The translations under genes were made by a program, and so were the position numbers. Source: Candidatus Cloacimonadales bacterium (lineage in GTDB: Bacteria; Cloacimonadota; Cloacimonadia; Cloacimonadales; JAFGVF01). Taken from it: DNA of 64,000 nucleotides. The stretch lies in the NCBI GenBank assembly GCA_963663475.2, contig CAXXJV010000001.1, positions 672,001 through 736,000 of the forward strand, read 5' to 3'. The first letter of the stretch is position 1; every line of letters begins with the position of its first letter. The notes beneath the pieces were generated by a model. It was not told the DNA's origin and searched no databases. It worked only from the letters and a program-made list of their open reading frames with translations. Of the stretch, positions 39,271 through 50,563 are shown one piece after another.

Positions 39271-40673
39271 TTAAACACAATAATATAACTAAAGAAATTG
39301 TAAAATTTCTTTTGGTATTTGTATTTACAATTATTGTAGTTTATAGGACAAATATTGCAATTACTAACATATATTTTATTTTAATAACTGCCATTGCATT
39401 CAAAAGCGAAAAGGATTTTTTTTGGGTTGCTTTTTATATTTTAATATATTCTTATCCTGGTAGGCTTTTTTATGGTGCAGATCAAGCTCTACATTATCGA
39501 TTACCATTATATAAAATCTTATCTGGTATTTCATTAGGGTTTAATGATATTTTTCCATTAGCATTGTTTTTGAAAGTTATAATCAAAAAAAAAACTAACG
39601 TGATGAAAAATAAATGGTTTATAGCTTTTATTGCATTATTTTTTATTTATCTTGTTATCTCAATTACTTGGGGATTATCCTCAAATAATTTTATTAAGCC
39701 AATGAGAAATTTTATACAATTATTGATATACTTTCCAATTGTATATTTGATAAAACGTGATGATATCCAAATTTTCATATATCTAATATCTTTAATAGTT
39801 GTACTAGGTTTTTGTTTCACAATATTTTTTTATATTAATGGCACCTCTTTTGGTAGCTTTTTTAGTGGTCAGAACTTAGAAAGACATTCATGGAGGCATG
39901 AAATTAAAGAAATAGAATCTTTTGAGGGATCAGGAGTTAATAGATATATTGATAGTTTAAATATTTTGTTTACAGCTTTAACTACTTCTTGGTATTTTTT
40001 GCTTAGTAAGTCAAAAATGTTTAATAAAAATTACCTTTCTATTATAATAATGGCTTCTTTATTTATAATTGTTCTAAGTGGAACTAGAGGTTGGAATATT
40101 GGATTTATAATGGTAATTGTTTTTCCTATTATATTTTTAAAACTAAAAAAAAATATTATTTATCGAATCATGTTATCAGGAATAGTATTAACTATAGGTA
40201 TTGCCTCTTATCAGCCATTTAGAATACAAATTAGTAATGCTTTCTTAAGGCTTGCAACTCTAGAAAAAGTGGTTCAGGGTGATGTTTCTGCTGGTGGAAC
40301 TAGTTCAAGAGTTGATGAAGGTCAAAGATATATTGATATGACTATCAAGGAGAGTCCTTTATTTGGTTTTGGATTTTCTGATAGGGCTCAAAAATATTAT
40401 AATTCAGATACAGGAATGTTTACTACATTCCTCGAAATAGGATTTTTTGGTTTAATCATTTTATCAATAGTAGCTCTTAGATATTTAGCTTTCTTAAAAA
40501 GCATTACAAGAAAAAATAAATATTATGGAGTCTTTGTTATAGGATTTTTAAGTATGTTATTTATGCATTCAACTACTAATATAATGTTTACCTTGATAGG
40601 TACTCTATATGCTTCATATTGGACCCCTTTTTATTTCGGAGTCACTCATTTAATTTTCAAAAACAGGATATAA
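39249..40673 (+). CDS. wzy: Wzy-like polymerase / O-antigen ligase-family membrane protein
   Basis: About 12 TM helices; LSGTRG and SPLFGFGF loop motifs. Confidence 0.7.
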   Translation: MEKQPIIIKHNNITKEIVKFLLVFVFTIIVVYRTNIAITNIYFILITAIAFKSEKDFFWVAFYILIYSYPGRLFYGADQALHYRLPLYKILSGISLGFNDIFPLALFLKVIIKKKTNVMKNKWFIAFIALFFIYLVISITWGLSSNNFIKPMRNFIQLLIYFPIVYLIKRDDIQIFIYLISLIVVLGFCFTIFFYINGTSFGSFFSGQNLERHSWRHEIKEIESFEGSGVNRYIDSLNILFTALTTSWYFLLSKSKMFNKNYLSIIIMASLFIIVLSGTRGWNIGFIMVIVFPIIFLKLKKNIIYRIMLSGIVLTIGIASYQPFRIQISNAFLRLATLEKVVQGDVSAGGTSSRVDEGQRYIDMTIKESPLFGFGFSDRAQKYYNSDTGMFTTFLEIGFFGLIILSIVALRYLAFLKSITRKNKYYGVFVIGFLSMLFMHSTTNIMFTLIGTLYASYWTPFYFGVTHLIFKNRI

Positions 40674-40683
40674 AACCGAAAAC

Positions 40684-42177
40684 ATGTCATTAATAGAAAA
40701 AGCCACATCTAGCATGTTCTGGGTGTTTATGGAACAAATAGGAAATAAAGTAATTCAGTTTATTATAGGATTAATATTAGCTCGTTTATTAAGCCCATCA
40801 CAATTTGGATTACTTGGTATGCTAACTATTTTTATCTCTGTATCAGAAACTATATCTGTGGGTGGTTTTAATCAAGCCTTAATTAGAAAAAAAAAATGTA
40901 CTGAAGATGATTACAACACAAGTTTCATATTTAATATATTTGTAGGCTTAATTCTATATTCTCTTCTGTTTATTTCTTCTAATAGCATTGCTAAATTCTT
41001 CAATGAACCAATATTATCTCTACTTTTAAGGTTTTTAGCTCTACAAATAATTATAGACTCCTTATCATTTGTTCAAAATGCCAAGTTGACAAAAGATCTT
41101 AGGTTTAAGGACTCAGCAAAAATATCAGTCACTTCCCAATTGATTGGAGGATTACTTGGTATTATGTTAGCTTATCATGGAATTGGTGTTTGGAGTTTAG
41201 CTTTAAAAGTTATTATTAGTAGGAGTATTAGAACCGTCCTGTTAATTTATTATAACAAGTGGTTACCAAAACTAAGATTTTCCGCTAAATCATTTAGAGA
41301 TTTATTTGGATTTGGATCAAAAATGTTGTTAACATCGATTGTTGAACGCTTATACTCAAACATTTACAATGTGGTTATAGGTAAGTATTATAGTAAAGCA
41401 TCTTTAGGATATTATACCAGAGCTAATCAATTTAAAAAATTACTTTCTGAGCAAATTATTACTTCAATTCAAAGAGTTTCTATTCCTTTATTATCTACAA
41501 TACAAGATGAAAAGCAAAAGCTGCAAAGTGGATTTAAAAAAATGGTAAATGTTACTTATTTTATATCAATATTTGGGATGATGTTTTTACTATCTACTGC
41601 TAGATACATGATTTTGTTTTTACTAGGATATAAATGGAGTATGAGTATAAACTACTTACAGTTAATAGCTATATCTGGCATATTATACCCGGTGTCTCAA
41701 GTTAATTTAAACTATCTCCAGGTTACCGGTAAATCAAATCTTATTTTAAAATTACAGCTTTTAAAGAAAATCACAACAATACCTTTTATTGCAATAGGTA
41801 TAATTTGTGGAGTTAATTTCTTAATTTATGGCATGATAGCAATTTCAGTAACAGATTATGTAATTAGTTCGTGGTTTTCTGCTAAATTAGCTAATTACTC
41901 TATCTTTCAACAATTAAAACATTTTAGTATGAACACATTGATATTATCAGTTGTTTCTGGAATTATTTATTTTATAGGTTATTATATGGAAAAAAGTCTT
42001 TTGATACATAATGGAATTATATTTATGTTTCAAAGCATATCATATTTCATATTAGTTGTTTTACTCTTTGAATTTGCAAAATCACCTGATTATTTAGAAA
42101 CTAAAAGTGCTGTGTCTCTTATATTAAAAGATAAGTTAATAAAGCATATAAAAAACAATCATAATTATAAAATATAG
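40684..42177 (+). CDS. wzx: Wzx flippase (WzxC-like)
   Basis: LARLLSPSQFG, GVWSL and LGYYTRA motifs; 12-14 TM helices. Confidence 0.9.
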   Translation: MSLIEKATSSMFWVFMEQIGNKVIQFIIGLILARLLSPSQFGLLGMLTIFISVSETISVGGFNQALIRKKKCTEDDYNTSFIFNIFVGLILYSLLFISSNSIAKFFNEPILSLLLRFLALQIIIDSLSFVQNAKLTKDLRFKDSAKISVTSQLIGGLLGIMLAYHGIGVWSLALKVIISRSIRTVLLIYYNKWLPKLRFSAKSFRDLFGFGSKMLLTSIVERLYSNIYNVVIGKYYSKASLGYYTRANQFKKLLSEQIITSIQRVSIPLLSTIQDEKQKLQSGFKKMVNVTYFISIFGMMFLLSTARYMILFLLGYKWSMSINYLQLIAISGILYPVSQVNLNYLQVTGKSNLILKLQLLKKITTIPFIAIGIICGVNFLIYGMIAISVTDYVISSWFSAKLANYSIFQQLKHFSMNTLILSVVSGIIYFIGYYMEKSLLIHNGIIFMFQSISYFILVVLLFEFAKSPDYLETKSAVSLILKDKLIKHIKNNHNYKI

Positions 42178-42197
42178 ATATAACAATTTGAAAGGAG

Positions 42198-43229
42198 TTG
42201 ATTGTGAAAGTTTGGCCAGGGGTTACTATTATTATTATAGGACATAACGAAGAAAAGAATCTCGAAAAAAGTCTGAAAGCTAGTAAAAACATTGATTATC
42301 CTAAAGATAAAATTGAAGTTATTTTTGTCAATTCTAAATCTACAGATAATTCACTTAATATAGCCAAAAAATATGCAGATGTTGTTTTATCTACTAAAAA
42401 CTTTTGGTCAACAGCTGGTGAAGCATTCAATTTAGGTATTAAAAGGTCAACGCATGATTATGTTCACATTTCAGCTGGAGATATTATTCTTGATAAAGAT
42501 TATCTTAAAAAGGCAATATTGAAGATAACGTCGTCACCTAATATTGACTGTGTTACAGGTTATTTTACAGAGAAAAAAATGAGCAAATGGAATAGATTAA
42601 TTTCTTATCGAAGAGAAGAAAACTCTCATAAAAAACCTGGGTATGTGTTAACTCCCAATGGAGGTACTTTTAGAAAAAAGGTTCTTTTTGAGTTAGACGG
42701 ATATGATGAAAGAATTAAAAAAGGGCAAGAGAGTGAATTAGGTATGAGGATGCAAGAAGAGGGGTATAGAATCTGGCATCTACAAATTCCACAGGGTGTT
42801 CATGATTTCGATTTGCGTAAGTTTAGTGATCTTTTGAAGAGATACTACATGTATGGATTTTCTTCTGCTCTAATATTTTTTTTATCATTTTCAGAAAAAA
42901 AAATTTTTTTTCTGAAAATGAGGTTTAATGTTTTTAAAACAATATTTAAGTACTTAATGCTTTTTTTTGTAGTTTTACTTTTAACAATAATCTATAATTG
43001 GAAAATTGGAATTGGATCCTTAGTACTATATTTGCTTTTTGTTGTAGTTAGTGTTATGATTAAGCATTCAGATAAAACTGTTAATTATCGGAAATATATG
43101 ATATTAAATAATATTTTATCTTTTATGAATTTTGTAGGTATTGTTAAATTTCTATTTTTAGCAACAATCTCAAGAAAATACCGTAATCTTATAAAAGGTA
43201 AAAAGGTTGGTCTGTCCATTGAAAAATAA
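42198..43229 (+). CDS. GT2 glycosyltransferase with C-terminal TM helices
   Basis: HNEEKNL, VNSKSTD and GYDE..GQESELG motifs. Confidence 0.8.
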   Translation: MIVKVWPGVTIIIIGHNEEKNLEKSLKASKNIDYPKDKIEVIFVNSKSTDNSLNIAKKYADVVLSTKNFWSTAGEAFNLGIKRSTHDYVHISAGDIILDKDYLKKAILKITSSPNIDCVTGYFTEKKMSKWNRLISYRREENSHKKPGYVLTPNGGTFRKKVLFELDGYDERIKKGQESELGMRMQEEGYRIWHLQIPQGVHDFDLRKFSDLLKRYYMYGFSSALIFFLSFSEKKIFFLKMRFNVFKTIFKYLMLFFVVLLLTIIYNWKIGIGSLVLYLLFVVVSVMIKHSDKTVNYRKYMILNNILSFMNFVGIVKFLFLATISRKYRNLIKGKKVGLSIEK

Positions 43230-44331
43230 AATTATTATAAGTGGTGATTTTGTACCAGATGAGAAACTTTTCGGAGATAAGGATTTCTTAAAAGATTTTA
43301 ATGAAATTGTAGATGAGGAAACTATTCATATTACTAACTTAGAGTGTCCTTTATCTTCAAGTAAGGAAAAGATACTAAAAACAGGACCACATCTAAGAGC
43401 TAATACTGAATTAGTAAAATGTTTAAAGGATGCTAATGTATCTGTTGCATGTTTAGCTAATAACCATATTAAAGATTACGGCTCAATAGGAATCAAAGAA
43501 ACTGAAATAGCCTGCAATAACGTAAGTATCGAGACAATAGGTGCAAGTAACTCAGAATGTAAAGCTACTAAGCCTTTAATTCTCCTCTTAAATAGTTATA
43601 AAATAGGTGTTTTAAATTATTGTGAAGAAGAATATAATGGGATGACATACAACTCGTACGGAGCTAACATAATAAATGAAATTAATATTTATAATGATAT
43701 CAATTCTCTAAAAGGAAAGGTTGATAAAATTATTGTTATTATCCATTGGGGAAAAGAATTGTATCGATATCCTACACCAGGTCAACAAAAATTAGCTAGA
43801 TTTATTATTGATATAGGAGCTAATGCAATAATTGGACATCATTCTCATGTAAGAGGATGTTATGAAATATATAAAGATAAAACTATCATATATTCATTGG
43901 GAAACTTCTACTTTAATTTTGCAGGAAAATCAAAAGAATGGTATGAAGGCTTAATAGTACAATTAGAATTAGATAAACAAAATTTTATAGTCTCTGTCTA
44001 TCCGATGTCTAATAGGGCTCACAAAATTACAATAGGCAAAAAATGTGATATCAATGAAGAAATTGATGAAAAAGTTTTAATAAAAGTAGATGAGCATACT
44101 GTCAAGAGTAAATGGAACAATTTAATTAAGAATAGTAATTGCAGAGAAATAGAAAACATTCTTAATTATGGAAAGTTAAAGAAAGGGATATCGAGATATA
44201 TTACAAAAAGAGTGAGCAGAAAAAATTTCAAGTTTCTTTTAGTGTTAAGAAATAAATACAGATGCAGAACTCATTTCGAATATTTGAAATCAATAATAGA
44301 AGAATATTTTAATCAAAAGAAAAAGAAGTAA
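43207..44331 (+). CDS. CapA/PGA_cap-family metallophosphoesterase-like protein
   Basis: NLECP, LANNHIKDYG, IHWGKE, GHHSHV and YSLGNF motifs. Confidence 0.88.
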   Translation: MVCPLKNKIIISGDFVPDEKLFGDKDFLKDFNEIVDEETIHITNLECPLSSSKEKILKTGPHLRANTELVKCLKDANVSVACLANNHIKDYGSIGIKETEIACNNVSIETIGASNSECKATKPLILLLNSYKIGVLNYCEEEYNGMTYNSYGANIINEINIYNDINSLKGKVDKIIVIIHWGKELYRYPTPGQQKLARFIIDIGANAIIGHHSHVRGCYEIYKDKTIIYSLGNFYFNFAGKSKEWYEGLIVQLELDKQNFIVSVYPMSNRAHKITIGKKCDINEEIDEKVLIKVDEHTVKSKWNNLIKNSNCREIENILNYGKLKKGISRYITKRVSRKNFKFLLVLRNKYRCRTHFEYLKSIIEEYFNQKKKK

Positions 44332-44356
44332 TACAGTCTAGTTTAGGAATATTTAC

Positions 44357-45430
44357 ATGTTAATAATTCACATAATTTCATCAATGATAAGGGGTGGTCG
44401 AGAACGCCAGCTTGCTACAATAGTAAAGTACTCTTCTTTTGAAAACAGGATTGTTTATTTTAATGAGAATGCGAGTAACTCATATATAACAGAATATGGG
44501 TTACAAAATACTATTTATAGAATTGATATTGAACCTAAAAAGAGAATAGTAAGCTTATTTAAATATTGCAGAGAAATTAAACCAGATGTCATAATTTCGT
44601 GGGGAAACTATGAAGCTATAATGTGTTTAATAGTCAGTTTTGTACTTAAAATAAAATTCATTAATGCGTCAATTAGACATGGTATCAGAGATAGAAAATT
44701 TAGTCATTATCTAAGAACTTTTGTTTTACACCTATCACCATACGTTATTGCTAATTCTTATGCTGGATTTGAAGCTAATAATCTTAGTATGAGAAATAAC
44801 AGGTATGTTTTATATAATGGAAAGGAACTTTTATACAAAGACAAAATTGATAAAACTGAAAAATTGTCACGGTTGTATGAGTTTTTTCCAAAGATAAGAG
44901 ATGATGAGATAATCTTTATCTCCGTTGCTAATTTAGTTCCATTTAAAGATTACAAAACCGTTTTTCATGCTTTAGCTAAAATAAAAGAAGAAAAGTCTTT
45001 TAGATATCTAATTATTGGTGATGGACCAATGAAAGAAGATTTAGCTAAGCTTGCTAAAGATTTGGAAATCATTGATAGAGTTTATTTTGCTGGTAGTGTT
45101 GAAAATGTTTTGTTTTATTTGCAAATGGCAGATATAATGATACACTCCTCAAAAGGTGAAGGAATTTCTAACGCTATTCTTGAAGGTATGTTTGCTGGCT
45201 TACCAATAATTGCTACCAATGTTGGTGGTATTCCTGAAACAGTTTTTGATAAAACAAGTGAGTTATTTGAATATAGAGATGTAGAAGGTTTGGTAAGGAA
45301 AATTCAGCTTGCGGATAAATTAATAAGAGATAGCTATAAAACACAAAACGAACTTGAAGAATGGTTAAGAAAATTTTCAATTGAGACTATGATATCAAAT
45401 TACGAAAAAATAATAAAAAAAGTCGTGTGA
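44357..45430 (+). CDS. GT4 glycosyltransferase
   Basis: GGRERQL and EGISNAILEGM..TNVGGIPE motifs. Confidence 0.88.
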   Translation: MLIIHIISSMIRGGRERQLATIVKYSSFENRIVYFNENASNSYITEYGLQNTIYRIDIEPKKRIVSLFKYCREIKPDVIISWGNYEAIMCLIVSFVLKIKFINASIRHGIRDRKFSHYLRTFVLHLSPYVIANSYAGFEANNLSMRNNRYVLYNGKELLYKDKIDKTEKLSRLYEFFPKIRDDEIIFISVANLVPFKDYKTVFHALAKIKEEKSFRYLIIGDGPMKEDLAKLAKDLEIIDRVYFAGSVENVLFYLQMADIMIHSSKGEGISNAILEGMFAGLPIIATNVGGIPETVFDKTSELFEYRDVEGLVRKIQLADKLIRDSYKTQNELEEWLRKFSIETMISNYEKIIKKVV

Positions 45431-45434
45431 AGCA

Positions 45435-46763
45435 ATGAATAAATTATATAAACTAATAGACATTTTGAAAGGACAGAAGGTAACATATTACTTTAAAGAG
45501 TTCTATGATACTTTAAAGTTTACTTCAAGTCAAGTCCAAAATTACCAGCTTGAGAAATTGAAAAAATTACTAATATATTCTTATGAAAATACTGAATTTT
45601 ATAAGAAAAGGTTTGATAATAGCAATTTTAATCCATATGAGTTTAAAGATATCAATGAACTGAAAATAATCCCAGTTTTGACAAGAGAAGATATTCAACA
45701 AAACATAGATATTATGCTAAGTAGTAATATTGATAAATCTTGTTATCATGGATCGTCAAGCGGTTCTACAGGAACTCCAGTTCATTATTATCATGATAAG
45801 AATGGTTCAAGTGCTGGTAAAGCAGCATTATATATAGGTTGGAAATTGTCAGGTTGGAAGCAATCAGATAAAGGACTGCATATTTGGGGTAATCCCAGTG
45901 TTGTTAATAAAGAGTGGAAAAGAATGAGTTCAATTCTTAAAGCTAAGCTTACTAGACAACACAAATTTCCCGCCTATAAAATAACTAATAATGGACAGAT
46001 GGATATTTTATATAAGAAGGTTATTGCCAATAAGTATGATTATTTAGATGGGTATACAAATGCAATTTATCAGTTTGCAGAGTATTTAAAAGAGAGCAAA
46101 AAGAATGTACCTACTGTTAAATATGTTATCACTACTGGGGAAACACTTCATGATTATCAAAGACTAGTCATAGAAAATTATATTGGCCCAGTTTACGATA
46201 TGTATGGATGTGGTGAAATAAATGGAATTGCTAATCAATGCAAGCTGTGTGGTGAGTATCATATTATTGATCCCCATGTTATTGTTGAGTTTAGCGAAAA
46301 ACCAATTTATGGAAATAGTTTTTCATTATATGTAACAGACTTAGATAACTATATTATGCCATTGATTCGATATCAAAATGGAGATGTTGCTAAAAAAAGT
46401 AATAATAATAACTGTAAAATACCTTTCAAAACATTAGAAAGGGTAGAAGGTAGAGAATCGGATATAATTCACTTACCTGCAGGTGGAATACTGTCTGTTC
46501 CTAGTTTCTTTGGTAGTGTTTTATTAAAAGAAATTACATCGATCTCTCAATATCAGATTGTTAGAAATAAACCAGATTTGTTAACTATAAATTTAGTAAT
46601 AAGTAAAACTTTAGATGATTTCGAAAACAAAAAAATTGAAAGAAACCTAAAAGAATATTTAGGTGGCAAGATAGATTGGGAAATTAAAATAGTTGATAAA
46701 ATATTACCAGCAAAAAATGGTAAATACAAACTGTTAATAGATAATACAAGAGAAAGAAAATGA
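45435..46763 (+). CDS. CapK/phenylacetate-CoA ligase-family adenylating enzyme
   Basis: SSGSTGTP, YGCGE, MPLIRYQNGD and EGRESD motifs. Confidence 0.88.
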   Translation: MNKLYKLIDILKGQKVTYYFKEFYDTLKFTSSQVQNYQLEKLKKLLIYSYENTEFYKKRFDNSNFNPYEFKDINELKIIPVLTREDIQQNIDIMLSSNIDKSCYHGSSSGSTGTPVHYYHDKNGSSAGKAALYIGWKLSGWKQSDKGLHIWGNPSVVNKEWKRMSSILKAKLTRQHKFPAYKITNNGQMDILYKKVIANKYDYLDGYTNAIYQFAEYLKESKKNVPTVKYVITTGETLHDYQRLVIENYIGPVYDMYGCGEINGIANQCKLCGEYHIIDPHVIVEFSEKPIYGNSFSLYVTDLDNYIMPLIRYQNGDVAKKSNNNNCKIPFKTLERVEGRESDIIHLPAGGILSVPSFFGSVLLKEITSISQYQIVRNKPDLLTINLVISKTLDDFENKKIERNLKEYLGGKIDWEIKIVDKILPAKNGKYKLLIDNTRERK

Positions 46764-47770
46764 GAAAACTTTATAAAACCTTAAGAAAGATAGCCAATAA
46801 TAAACAAAAGTCATTCATAACAAAACTACTATTTGATATTGGTGTTACACCTTCGGTTCTTAAACATGGTATAAAAAATACCTTTCCAAATGGAGAAAAG
46901 GGAGGTTTTATAATTTCTGCTGATTTTGAAATGGCATGGGCTTTTAGATATTCTAAGAATGATGTTGACCCCATTGAGAAAGCCATGGCTGAAAGGAAAA
47001 ATATCCCTGTAATGCTTAGGCTATTTGAAAGATATAATATTCCGATAACTTGGGCTACTGTCGGTCACTTATTTCTGACTGAATGTAAAAAAGGTGATCA
47101 TGACTGGATGGCTAGGATACCTCATTTTGATGACCATTGGAAGTTTACTGAGGGTGATTGGTTTGACCATGATCCTTATTCAAATTATAAAAAAGACCCT
47201 GCATGGTATGCTCCTGATATGGTTGATCTAATTTTAAATTCCTCAATAAAACATGAGATTGGTTGCCATACATTCAGCCACATTGATTGTTTGTATAAAA
47301 ATTGCCCAGCACAAGTTCTTGAAGATGAACTTAAAGCTTGTCAAGAATTAGCTGATAAAAATAATATTAGACTTAAATCATTAGTTTTTCCAGGAGGAAC
47401 TGCAGGAAATTACGAGGTACTTAAAAAATTAGGATATAAAATATATCGAAAAAATATAAAATATAATCTGGTTTATCCATATAGAGACAAGCATGGTTTA
47501 TTAGTTACTGCAAGTACTTCAAGTTGGGGAAGAAATGCTAACTGGACCCAAGAATATTATATCAAAAGGTACAAAAAGATAATTAATAAGGCTATCCAAA
47601 CTAATACTATTGCTCATATCTGGTTACATCCCTCGATTGATGAATGGACTCTAATCAATGTTATTCCAAAAGTCCTTGAGTATGCAGCTAAAAGGAGAGA
47701 TGAAAATAAATTATGGATAGGGACGATGGGACAAATTGCTGAATATATAAATAAAAATGAGGTTGTCTGA
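46760..47770 (+). CDS. Polysaccharide deacetylase-family protein
   Basis: SADFEMAW, TWATVGHL, HEIGCHTFSH and HIWLHP motifs. Confidence 0.85.
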   Translation: MRKLYKTLRKIANNKQKSFITKLLFDIGVTPSVLKHGIKNTFPNGEKGGFIISADFEMAWAFRYSKNDVDPIEKAMAERKNIPVMLRLFERYNIPITWATVGHLFLTECKKGDHDWMARIPHFDDHWKFTEGDWFDHDPYSNYKKDPAWYAPDMVDLILNSSIKHEIGCHTFSHIDCLYKNCPAQVLEDELKACQELADKNNIRLKSLVFPGGTAGNYEVLKKLGYKIYRKNIKYNLVYPYRDKHGLLVTASTSSWGRNANWTQEYYIKRYKKIINKAIQTNTIAHIWLHPSIDEWTLINVIPKVLEYAAKRRDENKLWIGTMGQIAEYINKNEVV

Positions 47771-49575
47771 TGGCAGGTATATTTGGGGTTATCTACAAAA
47801 ATAAAGACATTACTCATAAAGAAAACTTTGAAGTTTCTCTCAAGAAGATACAATATAATGAAAAGCAAGGAAAATATTATTATCAGGATGATTATATTGA
47901 AATTGGGGTAGTTACTCAGATTAACAGAAATATCAAAGCAAATTATTATTGGGATGAAGAAAATGATGTGTTACTTCTTTTGGATGGTTTGTGTTTTGTT
48001 GATAAGGCCGAAAAAGAACTCCTCAAAAGTGATAAAGGATTTAAAGGGGACTACAGTGAAATAGAATACATAAACTTATTATTAAAAAAATATAATTATA
48101 AAGAAATAGTTAATAATCTCCTTTGTGGTAACTATAATATTGTTATTTATTTTAAAAAGAAAAAAAAAACAATAATATATAATGACTACTTAGGTATGTT
48201 ACCGTTATATCTCCACGAGAACAAAGAAAATATAATATTTTCTTCGAAGTTAGATCCGCTCTTATCATATATTAAAAATCCTAGTATTGATAAGGTTTCG
48301 GTATTAGAAGCAGTTATATTTAATTACATAATATCAGATAACACCATCATAGAAAATATCCAGACTATCGAAAATGCCTCAAGTATCGAAATAATAAATG
48401 GTTCCTTAATTAAAAAGAAATACTGGGATATTAATGAATTTTTCAGAAGTGATCAATATGAGAGGAAAGAAAGTCAAAGAGTTTTTTTGGATTCTCTAAA
48501 AAAGTCTTGTTTATCAATATTTGATAAGCAGGATGAACAATTTTCATTATCATTCACAGGAGGATGGGATAGCAGAGTAATTTTATCTAATGTAATTAAG
48601 GAACATAGAGATAAATTATTATTGTATTCATTTGGCAGAAAAGATAGTTCTGATATCAAGATACCTGAAGAAATATCCCATAAAGAAAACTTGCATTATA
48701 CGCCTTATGTGTTGGATGATAAATACCTAGATAATAAATTTATTAATAATGCAATTGACACGATATCCTTGTCAAGTGGTACTCGAAATTATAAAAGAGC
48801 ACATTACTTATATTCAATAAAAGAGGTTTCTAAAAATAGTACTGTTATGATATCTGGAATTTACGGAGATCAAGTATATAAAGTTGGAAAACCAAAAGCA
48901 AATCAAGTAATTTCTCAGAGTGCTTTGGAATTAATACAAAAGAGATTTAATGCTAAAGACAGTGAATATTTCATGGTTTTACTGAAAGAGAATGCACATA
49001 AATTGGGCTATAAGGAGAATATAATTGAAAGTATGCTTTCCAGATTAAGCAATATAAGTTATCAATATAAGGATTGTAAAAATGCTGAAGAAATATATGC
49101 AAAATTTAGATTTGAATGTAATTTACGGAAATATTTTGGTGCAGAAGTTAATAGTTATAATGATTTTATTCTGGTATATTCTCCATTTATAGAAAGACCT
49201 TTTCTCAAGGAGTATTTTAAAACGACATATTCTGTTGAGAAAACAAAATTCAATAAAGCATCTCTTTTTGCTAAAGATAAGACAAATTTACTCTACTATA
49301 AGACGGTGCAATCTAATTATCCAAACCTAGCATTATATAACAGTGCTAGGAATTATAGTATGAGGGATAGTACAACAAAATTAGGAAAAATTAAAATACT
49401 TGCTTATCATTTTATTGGAGATAAAGAAAAGAACTCCTTTAATACAGATAAAACTCAAGAAATATTTATTAGACATATTTTCAAAGATGGATTTGTAAAC
49501 AAAAAAAGGATATATAATGCAAATTATCTAAGCATTGTTGCTTTTTGTTTATTGAATGATATTAAATTTATTTAA
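47770..49575 (+). CDS. Asparagine synthase-like amidotransferase lacking the N-terminal Cys
   Basis: MAGIFG start, D.LG..PLY and the SFTGGWDSR ATP-PPase motif. Confidence 0.75.
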   Translation: MAGIFGVIYKNKDITHKENFEVSLKKIQYNEKQGKYYYQDDYIEIGVVTQINRNIKANYYWDEENDVLLLLDGLCFVDKAEKELLKSDKGFKGDYSEIEYINLLLKKYNYKEIVNNLLCGNYNIVIYFKKKKKTIIYNDYLGMLPLYLHENKENIIFSSKLDPLLSYIKNPSIDKVSVLEAVIFNYIISDNTIIENIQTIENASSIEIINGSLIKKKYWDINEFFRSDQYERKESQRVFLDSLKKSCLSIFDKQDEQFSLSFTGGWDSRVILSNVIKEHRDKLLLYSFGRKDSSDIKIPEEISHKENLHYTPYVLDDKYLDNKFINNAIDTISLSSGTRNYKRAHYLYSIKEVSKNSTVMISGIYGDQVYKVGKPKANQVISQSALELIQKRFNAKDSEYFMVLLKENAHKLGYKENIIESMLSRLSNISYQYKDCKNAEEIYAKFRFECNLRKYFGAEVNSYNDFILVYSPFIERPFLKEYFKTTYSVEKTKFNKASLFAKDKTNLLYYKTVQSNYPNLALYNSARNYSMRDSTTKLGKIKILAYHFIGDKEKNSFNTDKTQEIFIRHIFKDGFVNKKRIYNANYLSIVAFCLLNDIKFI

Positions 49576-49590
49576 AAAGGGGTTAAACAA

Positions 49591-50550
49591 ATGAAAGTAC
49601 TTTTTGTAGCCTCGGGAAATGCAAATACACCTAATAGAATAACATCGATTGTCTACAATCAGGGTAAATCTCTTGAAAAAGAAGGGATTGAGGTTGATTA
49701 CTTTGGGATTAAAGGACACGGAATAACTAGTTATTTCAGAGCTATAAAAGAAATAAAAGATGTTCTAAAAAAAAAAAAATATGATGTTATTCATTCTCAC
49801 TATGGACTTTGTGGCATTGTTTCTTATTATGCTCATAGAAAGGAAAAATTAGTACAATCCTTTATGGGTAGTGATATTTACGGAAATTTTCAAGAAAAGG
49901 ATAAATCATCATTTTCAAGTGAATTTTTAGCTTGGTTAAGTCGTATTCATAAAGGAAAATATGATTATTGCATAACCAAGTCGGAGAAAATGAAAAATCT
50001 TTTCAAAAATAGAGATAGAATTGAAGTGATACCTAATGGTGTTGATTTAAGCAATTTTTATCACATAGAAAAAGAGGTTGCAAGAAAAGAATTGAAATTA
50101 GATTTAAATAAGAAATATGTGATTTTTCCAGCAAGAAGATCAATTAAAAGAAAAAATATTACTTTAGTTGAAAAAGCTGTGGCTGCACTAAATGACTCTT
50201 ATGTAGAGATTTTAGCATATGATGGAATTTCGTTTGATTTAGTTAATCTCTATTTAAACGCTGGAGATGTTTGTATGTTACCTTCCTTTGCAGAAGGTTC
50301 TCCTAATGCGATAAAAGAGGCAATGGCTTTATCAATTCCTATAGTTGCTTCTGATGTAGGAGATGTTAGAGAACTGATTGGCAGCACGGAAGGATGCTAT
50401 ATATGTGACTTTACAGTTAAAGATGCTTCAGAAAAGTTAAAATTTGCTTTAGAATTTGGAACAAAAACAACAGGTAGAAAAGATATTAATCACTTAGATT
50501 CTAGAAAAGTAGCAAAAAAAATAATAGATATTTATAATAAAATAATTTAG
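49591..50550 (+). CDS. GT4 glycosyltransferase
   Basis: IHSHYG, VIPNGVD and [12 protein letters not shown] motifs. Confidence 0.88.
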   Translation: MKVLFVASGNANTPNRITSIVYNQGKSLEKEGIEVDYFGIKGHGITSYFRAIKEIKDVLKKKKYDVIHSHYGLCGIVSYYAHRKEKLVQSFMGSDIYGNFQEKDKSSFSSEFLAWLSRIHKGKYDYCITKSEKMKNLFKNRDRIEVIPNGVDLSNFYHIEKEVARKELKLDLNKKYVIFPARRSIKRKNITLVEKAVAALNDSYVEILAYDGISFDLVNLYLNAGDVCMLPSFAEGSPNAIKEAMALSIPIVASDVGDVRELIGSTEGCYICDFTVKDASEKLKFALEFGTKTTGRKDINHLDSRKVAKKIIDIYNKII

Positions 50551-50563
50551 CAAAGGATTAGCT

